Source of the DNA: Telmatocola sphagniphila
GTDB taxonomy: Bacteria > Planctomycetota > Planctomycetia > Gemmatales > Gemmataceae
Direction: 5' to 3'
Length of the DNA: 32,000 nt
Assembly: GCF_018398935.1 (NCBI RefSeq)
Contig: NZ_CP074694.1
Coordinates: forward strand, 3,900,001-3,932,000
This document shows, in pieces, positions 24,301 through 32,000 of the stretch (its first letter is position 1; every line of letters begins with the position of its first letter). Below the pieces are notes generated by a model. That model made no database searches, was not told the DNA's origin, and saw only the letters and a program-made list of their open reading frames with translations. The position numbers and the translations under genes were made by a program.

Positions 24301-24617
24301 ATATCGTTTTTGATCAAAAAGGTTCTCATCGCGTTCAAATTCAGGATTGGCAGGAAGAGTTCAAGCTCAGGTGGCAGTACGATAAGCCGATCCGAATTCA
24401 AATACGTTTGGGGAGTACGGTAATCTTCTCTACTTCCTTTTGCGCCGAGAAGACGGAATCGGGTGGTTTGTCCATTCTGGCCCTCAATGGCAAGCGGGAA
24501 CTTGAATCCAAGTCTCATCGATTTACCGGGACACCCTACGTCACTTTCGAAATAAAAGATTTCACGGCCGAAGAAGAGCAGGCGTTTCGAACGTATATCC
24601 TCAGTAATGAATGGTGA
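21393..24617 (+). CDS. large membrane-anchored protein of unknown function (1074 aa)
   Basis: Long uninterrupted ORF. It has an N-terminal hydrophobic segment (LVAGLLFLISLISRLGW), two central TM-like segments (IAAGASLIALVVLLV; WLVGIGNLVILGFCLL) and a coiled-coil-like C-terminal half. I recognise no domain. Confidence 0.8.
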   Translation: MRLAHRANLVAGLLFLISLISRLGWFQTSHSHAPPDPESAILFPALIPPTGSERSYYEELYQRDPKAMDFYLRLTPAEVRREALNILAEKELQKQPCVRFELLKIIAHQSATTAPEKARFLIAQTAYLKTLENAPERQKIYLKSLSEDPQAVRSGFTAWDQSIRTVLADPDLWSFYQQEKRTQPHPFWLDETLLAIVQVKKDGQDLVHSPELIREIVSTARQHGPIARQIVRDLNLGAEGMLLLLQYGPLIERAVHEQLDLQEVLEILYANPGEFDQGEPSELALQLKEIYSKKPVVWRAARCFPLCWKLNREYPMEASRLLEQFAIDDIASFLYLYYPDQMPEAIAALRSTGDAAWGTLKYFAELKSDNREIFKEILKKQGWRVVPYLLKNGESGLQRLRENPDDTRWLDKDFDSEGNIVNQGWAAELPIISGPFLALRHGINGTLDWDEAGWAALDLSEAAALVGTSGVSLIWSGAKNSAKIGAKQVLKRVQSQQAREFLLKEARSMASKPSISRSAQRQTFREKALPSLFSRSSTQATFQKYVISRGSRLVSQNNRNSLQKSFEKIKASVRKIDEKISQLKDPNKNRGAFGPNDPTFQENLPHNLPHNEQFVSYLKNPDSLSVLQDQLFEVALLSRWDSDLEHIQQEQDSTDCLDLDSKKLAEEMASFWRPSPASTTSRPASKVFLRIAAGASLIALVVLLVTGKNRFRRSKISWLVGIGNLVILGFCLLEYWNPHLRSVTATEQALARLSDDQVCWEQRLSEVLDTPDEALQQERNRLVNSLLEDFHKQLTEGSGLTDLKNKEESLRVLKPFFPLHARVQLEDLIVQASQKREEKDLQKVKVEFDSRLAPFKESAQRFLKEHPNSSSKAQVLGWINERIGKDIRELKLKIQQIDSSTPTGIAERLSELSKLRDQLSPQDPERARIAAAIKVAHRLATEEEFTIVLHNSGEFRVAEFHRVVVYSGDDIVFDQKGSHRVQIQDWQEEFKLRWQYDKPIRIQIRLGSTVIFSTSFCAEKTESGGLSILALNGKRELESKSHRFTGTPYVTFEIKDFTAEEEQAFRTYILSNEW

Positions 24618-25165
24618 TGGATAGGGCCGGAGGTGAGCTCGAAATCGGGGTATTGGAATGCTCCCTCTTTAACTGAGAATCGCTTTCGAAGTGAGTTCAA
24701 GCCCCTGGCAAAATTTGGCCCAAGTTACTGAGAGAACTGGATCGAGAATAGATATGGAACAAGTCAGGATCGAGGTTCTTTCAAATTTGAGTTCTGATTC
24801 CGTCTAATGGCCAGATTACGAATGTTGCTCCTGTCACGTTTGAGGATTTCAGAACAGTTGTTTGGCTAGGCTGCTTATGACAATCACCTGTAGATTATAA
24901 TGACCCGCACCAAATTTAAGTGCCGAAATCGCCAAAAAACGCTGATAATCTCTGCTTTTCCGTCTCATCGACGACTTCGAAGCTAACTGGGAATAAAAAC
25001 TCGCAATTCCATCAATTCTGCTGATTCAAAGCTTTATCCGTGCAAATACCGTGCGGTCTAACTGCTGTTTGGACTTCGAGATTGATTTGGTTAAATCTTG
25101 GCCATTCTGTGTTCGCAAATCGAACTCGTTTATCGAGAATCGGCCTATTCGATTAGCATGCGGCC

Positions 25166-26420
25166 ATGGATTCGAGCGAGGAAGTTCCCGAATGTCCCGG
25201 TGGCCGCAAACGTGACGCGATCAACGCGGATTTACTTCATCGCGTCACGCCTTTGGAAGTGAAGCTTAACACTAATTCTCGCAATTTTTCCAATCCTCTT
25301 TCGGCCAATTCACTGGACGCTCCGCCGCCGGTAGTCAAGCAGAAATCGAAGCGTCGACACGGCGGTCAACAGGGTCATGCCTCATTTGAAACAGCTATTG
25401 CCTTCTGATCGAACCACACGCGTCGAACGGATTGTTCCCGATTTGTGTGGCTGTTGCGGCGTAACGACGCAGGCGAGTAGTCCTCAGTCCCTTCGACAGC
25501 ACAGCATCAGTCCTTGGTTTACGGCGACTTTATCGTATTTGAGCGGCTGTTAGTGAGTCAGCAAACGCTGCGTCGGAGAAATCGCCGAGGCGATCTTCGG
25601 CGTGCCGATTGCCTTGGGTACAGTGTCGAACCTGGAGCGGGAAGCAGCGTCGCGTTCGAGCCAGCTCATACCGAGGCGGTTCAGTCGATCTGAACTCATC
25701 CGTGAAATATGTCGACGAAACCAGCTGGAAGTTGGGGGCAAGCTGTGTTGGCTCTGGGGAGCGGCAACGACCAATTTCGAAGCCTTTGTGATTCACGGTC
25801 AAAGTGGCGTGGCGGGTTTGACGACGCTCCTGGGGAAAAACATTCGAGGGATTCTTCACATTGATCGCTGGCATGCGTATCGGCAAGTGCCCGAAGAGCG
25901 CCGACAATTGTGTTGGGCTCATCTAAAACGGGACTTTCGAAAAATTGTCGAAGGCGGCGGGCCCAGTGAGTTCGTGGGACGCCGCGGCCTTCGCTTGGTC
26001 CGGGAGTTGTTCGTGGCCTGGCAGGCCTTCCGAGCCGGCACGATTGACCGCGCGTGTCTTCGCGCTTTGATTGCGCCTTTGGAACGTTGTCTGAATAAAA
26101 CCTTGTTACAAGGAGCATTGGCGGGTGAGGAACGCATCGCGAAATTCTAAGAAAATCTCATCGCCTTGGAACCGGCGGTGTGGACCTTCGCCAAGACCGA
26201 AGGAGTCGAACCGACGAACAATCATATGGAACGATTGGTGCGGCTCGCGGTACTTTGCCGTCGTCGCAGTTTCGGCAGCAATAGCGAGATAGGTTGCCGA
26301 TTCGTCGAACGAATTCTCTCCGTTGTACAAACCTGTCGACTCAGTCGCAAAAAAGTGGTCGACTATCTTACCGCTAATACAGCCAAGCGAACCCAACCCA
26401 GATTACACATCGCCTGTTGA
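25166..26420 (+). pseudogene. IS66-family transposase, decayed (several frameshifts and in-frame stops)
   Basis: The pieces lie in three frames: RRHGGQQGH / LLPSDR..CGCCG; YVDETSWKLGGKLCWLWGAAT..DRWHAYRQV..CWAHLKRDF; and EPTNNHMERLVRLAVLCRRRSFGSNSEIG. A TAG TGA pair at ~25549-25554 interrupts the frame. Confidence 0.8.
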
Positions 26421-26689
26421 ACCGCTAACAAAATTCCATCTTTAACGAATTTTCTAGAGTAAGCAAATGTTGTGCCAGACTCTATAAAAATCGAACGAAA
26501 AAACAAAAAATGATTGCCATTTTAGAGTCGTCAAGAGGTAAGCGGATTTTTTTGGGAAAAGATATAGCCGCGTGGGCAGCCACTTTTCGGGATTCGAGGC
26601 GAACGAAAGTCTTATCAAAACGAGCGAAAAAAAAAAGAGCGGTGATAGACTTTAGTTAGTTCATGAAACTCAAATTTTAAGGAGAAGCA

Positions 26690-27301
26690 ATGTCGGCAGA
26701 AAAATTATTGAAAGCACCTCTTGACCTACACGCTACCGCTTTAAATTTACAAAAAGCCTTGGCGTCTGCAGGATACTTTGACGAATCACTTATTGAGAGC
26801 GAGCCAGAGCCTATCAAGAGAGGACATCCGGTTTACGTTGCATGGGAGGAATTCACAGACAATTTCCAAACCGGAATGATTCCTTCGGAAATCAGAATTG
26901 CGTTCTATAGACTTCGACGTCTAACACTCTTCAAGAGTTCAGAAGCTTTAGAGGCGGCCGAGTCGCTGAATCTGCTTTTGGCAAGATATACTTGCAAGGT
27001 ATTGTGCCCCGAATTAGACGGGCCGATCGAACCTTGTGGCTTGAGATATCTGGGAATTGTATACGACAAAATTCAACCTACTGCAGACAAGCTTTTGAAA
27101 CTGACTTGGAGCAAAAATATGGTTTCTGCGAGTTCTTTAGTTGAGCACTTTTGGTCTATTGACTATGAAGGTGATTCGGATCCTTTTAACTTACTAAACC
27201 AGAAGATAACCGAAGTAAATAAAGTACTTCGGCGAGCTGGATACCCGTATCGATTGAGCAAGAAATCCGGTTACGTGGTCTGGAAAAGTTTGAAAGAATA
27301 A
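26690..27301 (+). CDS. hypothetical protein, first gene of the plasmid/ICE-like module
   Basis: 203-aa ORF with AAGGAG 7 nt upstream. No recognisable motif. Confidence 0.6.
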   Translation: MSAEKLLKAPLDLHATALNLQKALASAGYFDESLIESEPEPIKRGHPVYVAWEEFTDNFQTGMIPSEIRIAFYRLRRLTLFKSSEALEAAESLNLLLARYTCKVLCPELDGPIEPCGLRYLGIVYDKIQPTADKLLKLTWSKNMVSASSLVEHFWSIDYEGDSDPFNLLNQKITEVNKVLRRAGYPYRLSKKSGYVVWKSLKE

Positions 27302-27412
27302 AGTGTTTTGACAACTTATCCAAAACCCTCAGTTGCTAAATCGAAAACATACATCTTTTCGAGCATTGAAGGATGTTTAAATCCAAAATTTAGCTGCTGA
27401 GGGACTCCAGTC

Positions 27413-28926
27413 ATGTCGAACTATCTCTTGCCTCATCATCAAGCGAAACTCCAAAATTCAGGCTTGTCGCCAGAAGCCATTTCCGCTCGCGGGTATAAAA
27501 CCCTCAGCACTAAAGTCGAGGTCGAGAGACTTTCCTTCTCTCGATCTCAAGCTACCGCGCCAGCTTTGCAGATACCGATTTGGAATGCGGAAGGTTTAAG
27601 AACAGTTAACCAAATTCGTCCAGACACACCACGAATAAATCGGGAAGGCAAATCTATCAAGTATGAATTGCCCCTTGAATCCAAAGTAGCTATTGATGTT
27701 CCCCCTTCTATCCGCGAAAAGGTATTGGATATAACCCAACCTCTTCTGGTTACGGAAGGGCCAATTAAAGCTGATGCAGCTGCTTCGAAAGGTTATGCAG
27801 CAGTCTCGGTTCTGGGTGTTTCAGGTTGGCGTGCCGATGATCCATTTTGGAAAATCGCACCCCTTAAAAATAGAACATGCTACATAATCTTCGATTCTGA
27901 TATCTCGACGAACGAAAATGTGAAGAGAAGCGCCCTGCGCCTAGCAGAAAACTTCAGAAAGCACGGGGCAATACCGGAAATTGTGATACTACCACACTCC
28001 GCCCAAAAGACTAAGCAAGGCTTGGACGATTATCTTGCTTCTGGCAAAACTGACAAGGATTTGTTGGCTCTAGACCGAATGGAAATATCCGAAATTGCCG
28101 ACTCGGAGCCTTTCAACGCCATGGCAAAATATAAATGCACAAAAAATGGCCTAGCTATGTTAAGCTCAAACAATAAAGAGCCTTCTTGGATTTTACTAAC
28201 AAATTTTATTGCTCGCATTACAGCAGAAGCGGAGATCGACGATGGTAACAGTACCCGACTTGAGTTCGAAATCACTTGCGAGTTAGGGGGAGAAACGAAG
28301 TTGTGTAAAGTCCAGGCAGAGGAATATGAAAGAATGACCTGGGTAATGCCGCATTTGGGTGCCGGCGCGATTATTTTTGCTGGAGTTATGACACGCGATC
28401 ATGCTCGAGCGGCAATCCAAGCAGTCTCGGATAAAATAGTGAAACGTAAAGTCATTGAGCATCTTGGATGGCGTAAATTTGGCATTGAATGGGTTTATTT
28501 CCATGCGGGAGGGATCATCCGGTCCAATCCAAAATCAAATGCCCAATCACATGATGGAAAATCGGACATAGAAAATTCCAACGAAAACCCGCAGAATGGT
28601 ATTCCATGCCCGAATTGTCCGACAATTTCGACTGTCGATCCGCTACAGGACGTTGAGGTGAGAGTTCCTAAGGTGTTAAGTTCCTATCGGTTGCCAGAGA
28701 AACCAAAGAAAGAATCTCTAATAAGAGATATAGCTAAGCTGATTGAACTCTTAGAGGATACAATTCCCGCGCGCCTTTGGATGCCGCTGCTCTCTGCAGC
28801 GTTTCGAATAGCTATTGACCAGGTTGATTTCAGTATTCATCTTGTGGGGGTAACTAACTCCGGAAAAACGACACTCACCTCATTGTTTTGTCAATTTTTT
28901 GGCCCAGATCTTCATGCCCGGAATTT
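27413..28926 (+). pseudogene. primase-helicase-like gene, 5' part (DUF3854/Toprim-like domain + Walker A), interrupted by ISL3
   Basis: PLLVTEGPIKADAAASKGYAAVSVLGVSGW...YIIFDSD...GLDDYL is the DUF3854/Toprim pattern, and VGVTNSGKTTL is a P-loop. Native sequence ends ...GPDLHARN(L) at 28926; the track ORF tail to 29014 is IS-encoded. Confidence 0.75.
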
Positions 28927-30350
28927 GGCTCTTCCGTTTCTAGGTGTAGCATCCAGAGAAATGCTTCTGTATCTGGTTGACGAAGCCGCGAATCTCCGCA
29001 ATGGTCGGCCCTAATTTTTTCGCTGCCCAATTCACGTCCAGGAGTATTCTCGTCCAGAGCGTAGTTAGACTCTGAATTCCATAACTTCGGCGTAGCACTA
29101 CCCGAATCTTGGTATTCAGACCCTCCACCGGGCCGCTGCTTTTGCGTTCCTCGAAGTAGGCTAAGATCCCCTCCCAGTTATTCTTGAGCATCGTGATGAA
29201 CGGCTCCCAATCCATCTCGGTCTCGCGGGCCTGGACGATCCAATCTTCCAACAGTCGCGAGGCTTCGGCTCGGTTCGGGGCACTATCGAAGATTTTGGTC
29301 GCCTCCCAACGCAGATGGTAGATCGTTCCCAACGAAGGCACCTTCTCGAACAAATCCTCGAGGGCCTGGACCTGCTCCGGTTTCAAATCCTCGGGACGAC
29401 GCCGGAAGTCGTGCATCTGAGAACGCAGCTTCTTGCGGGCTTCCCCGCTCAAACTTCGCTTGTAGGCTCGATAGTTTTTTTTCGCAGATCGTCCGCCACC
29501 TCACCCAATTTCTTGGCGACGTGAAAGCGATCTATTACCGACTGGCTGTTGGGTAAATGCACGCCGCAAGCCTTCAAATACGCCGCGCTCATGTCCGTAT
29601 GATGCCAACGCACCGCCGACCGTTGCTGGGCCGACAAATGCTCCAAACACGCTCGCCCCGCTGCTTCGTCGCGACCCTTGGACAGAGCCAGAATCTCCGG
29701 ACGCTCCCCATTCGTCAGGTCTGTGAGAATGGTCGCATATCCCTTATGCCCCTTACGCAGGCTGATCTCATCCAGACCCAAACGCTCGATCTTCCGCTGG
29801 GGATCGATCTGCTTCGCCTTGGCGTCCTCTATCCGGTTCTTGACGATTCGTTCCACCGTCTCCGCGGCGATCCCCAAACGCACCGCCACGTCTTCGGCTG
29901 TGCTCCCGATCAGACTGACCAGCACCTGCTCCTCGAAGCGAAACGTATATTTCACATCCCGACGCTTGAACGGCGGCAACAGCGATTGACGGTGACCGCA
30001 CGACGGGCAGCGGTGATACACCTCCTGGTACACGAAAAAGCTCGGCTTACCCCACAAATCCAGATCGCGGATGCTCAGAAACTTGTTCTTCTCCACCAAT
30101 TGAAGCCGAGACTCTCGCTGGCATGTCTCGCAACAAAGATTGTCGGGCAACTCCCAACTCACGTGAAAGGCGTGGCCCCCGTCGATGCGTTCGTATTCGC
30201 CAACGCTCACTCCGGCAGGGACGTCCATGTCTATGGCAATGGTAGTCGTCGTCATCGGCTCTTCCGTGAACCAGGAAAAGGGTACTCTCAATTGCAATCT
30301 ATCCCAAAATGACCGATTCGCCGAGAGTTGCGCCTAAAAACGGAAGAGCC
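28927..30350 (-). mobile_element. ISL3-family insertion sequence (1424 bp) with 8-bp target-site duplication CGGAATTT
   Basis: IRs are GGCTCTTCCGTTTCTAGGTGTAGC (28927-) and the reverse complement of 30350, GGCTCTTCCGTTTTTAGGCGCAAC. CGGAATTT occurs at 28919-28926 and 30351-30358. Confidence 0.9.
28940..30297 (-). pseudogene. ISL3-family transposase, split at an A8 run
   Basis: The 282-aa N-part (CCETC...CPSCG zinc finger, HTH, DEISLRKGHKGYATILTD) and the 170-aa C-part overlap at 29449-29452. Reading ..DDLRKK|NYRAYKRSLSGEARKKL across the homopolymer (29465-29472) restores one ~450-aa ORF. Confidence 0.85.
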
Positions 30351-30358
30351 CGGAATTT

Positions 30359-31592
30359 GCCAGGTTCTTGGCTATCGACCTCCAATTCTCTCCTGTCGAT
30401 GATGGCACTCGCTCGAAATGTCTTGCTCCCGATTGACGACTTTGTTGTAGCCGGCTCACAGTCGGATATAGACCGCGGAAATCGGGAAGCAGATCGTATT
30501 TTTCGTGCCCAGGGTAATCGTGCGGGGCGAGGTCGTTGCAACCGAGATGGAACTCCAAAAGAAACATTGGCACCTCAAGGACTGATACTGAGTACTGGTG
30601 AATCAAATCCTGAAGGCCACTCTTTACTATCTCGAATTCTTTTGCTTGAAGTATCGCCGGGAGATGTTATTCCGCCCGAGGATTCGGGAAAATTTGATGA
30701 ATTAGTGCAGATGGGAGATAGTGGGTCGCTGGCTTCCATAATGTCAGGCTTCATCCACTTTTACACTTACCAACGGCCCATCGTTCTCGATTTGATAAAG
30801 AGTCTGAAATTGGAAGCTCGAAAGGCAGATTGGGGTTGCAATTGTTTACCCCGAACGGTGGACATCTTAGGCGAGTTAAATGGAGGATTTCATGCTTTCA
30901 TTGCCTTCGCAAAGCGTGTGGGGGCAATTAGTGATTCAAAAACTAGCGAATTGGTCGAATTACTCCAAGAAACTCTTTGTGAGGTGGCAAGAGAGCAGAG
31001 TCTCGTTACCGAAGAAGCAGATCCAGTGGAGCAATTTCTTCAATATATCAGTAGTGCACTCATTGCAGGGCAATGCCACTTGCGGGATTTAGAAAACGAG
31101 AAACCAGCAGATTATGAAACAGTGCTTGGATGGCGAGTATTTCGGATTGATCACAAAACTCAAAAAGAGGATAATTCCTCCGAATCTAATCCAAATCCCA
31201 AAAAGGAACCCGTGAATGCCTTTTCAGAACAAAATTTCCAAGATCATTTTATAGCTCAAGGTGAGTGCATTGGCTGGATCGATGATGATGACATTTATCT
31301 TTCTATATCGCAAAGTTTAGAGGAAGCACAGCGATATGCAAAGAGCACAAGGCTCAAGCCCCTACCGCTTTCAGATAAGACGCTTGGAAAGCAAATGAAA
31401 GCGAAAGAACTTCTAAAAAATTCAGAAACTGATCGATGCACAACTCGAGTTTGTGTGGCTGGATCAATGACTCGAGTGCTCCATATTGAGAGACAAACTT
31501 TATTAGAGTATAAAACAGATAAAGCGAGTACAACGGAGGAATATGCATTTGAGCGAGAGAAACATGATTTTATGAAACTTTTAGGGGAATAG
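30359..31592 (+). pseudogene. primase-helicase-like gene, 3' part
   Basis: Continues in frame after removal of IS + one TSD: HARNL|PGSWLSTSNSLLSMMALARNVLLPIDDF (Walker B-like) ..RAQGNRAGRGR..LILSTGE. The track ORF start at 30309 lies inside the IS. Confidence 0.75.
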
Positions 31593-31625
31593 GCGGTTCT
31601 CATTTTAGACCGTTAATTTGATTCT

Positions 31626-31686
31626 GGAGCCCTATTCAATCCATCTTTTCTCATTTTCCAAGCAAAATGAGTTTTGTTGGGGCTCC
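31626..31686 (+). terminator. nested stem-loop after the helicase gene
   Basis: GGAGCCC...CTCATTTT-ccaagc-AAAATGAG...GGGCTCC, starting 34 nt after the stop at 31592. Confidence 0.3.
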
Positions 31687-32000
31687 AATTTCTCAATCAT
31701 TGGTACAAGTCTCCGACGATCAATAGAGCAGAAATCCAAAAGGCGATAAAAATACTAATTTATTAACTATCGCTGATCTTATTATAGATTTAAGCCTTAA
31801 ATGCTGTGCGAGAATCACCAAAACGGAAATGAATACCCAAAGAATGAGGCTGTTTCTTCCATTTTGGCAGCTGGTTTTAAGCTGCTTTCACCCTTGAATT
31901 GGAAACATACTCAAAATTCTTCGTTCAGATTCTTGGAACAGAAAACCTCAAAAGATCTGAGTAGATTGTGAACTGTCAGAAATGGAGTCACTTCAAATAA

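Noticed and set aside
26539-26546. GTAAGCGG as the terminal repeat of the IS66 relic
   Set aside because: IS66 ends begin with GTAAGCG, but a right end should appear as the reverse complement (CGCTTAC) at this position. The orientation is wrong and no partner was found.
29283-30312. Plus-strand ORFs (69-251 aa) inside the ISL3 element
   Set aside because: They are antisense or alternative-frame to a transposase with clear ISL3 motifs, and their translations have no recognisable features.

Overview
This is a 32-kb mosaic accessory region from a bacterium. GC content is heterogeneous, the lineage cannot be determined from sequence alone, and nested mobile DNA dominates. (1) 1-5.6 kb holds glycan-synthesis genes: a fucosyltransferase-like GT and a 1192-aa triple-glycosyltransferase/TPR fusion whose 5' end appears cut off. 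(2) 5690-9440 is a 3.75-kb element with ~65-nt imperfect terminal inverted repeats (TGT...ACA). It carries four co-oriented genes: an IS481-like DDE integrase, two paralogous HTH accessory proteins, and a second IS3-like DDE integrase reachable by a -1 frameshift on an A9 run. (3) 9441-19400 holds three different AT-rich, 5'-truncated polymorphic-toxin C-terminal modules (Hint domain and/or toxin tip), each with a downstream immunity-like gene. Each module is joined in the same reading phase to a near-identical copy of the element's 514-bp right arm (8927-9440, 13309-13822, 18139-18652). The DNA between them contains two group II introns (11193-13105 minus; ~15996-17919 plus), a left-end-like repeat, a Stealth-like gene fragment and a cluster of GGGTGGCACTGG motifs. 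(4) 19.4-24.6 kb holds decayed fragments (tRNA-like remnant, hydrolase fragment, frameshifted HTH and zinc-ribbon genes) and an XRE regulator divergent from a 1074-aa membrane protein of unknown function. (5) 25.2-26.4 kb is a decayed IS66-family transposase. (6) 26.7-31.6 kb is a plasmid/ICE-like module whose DUF3854(Toprim-like)/P-loop primase-helicase gene is split by an ISL3 element with an 8-bp target duplication. I saw no rRNA, canonical tRNA or CRISPR array. All homology calls are by-eye motif recognition; no database search was possible.
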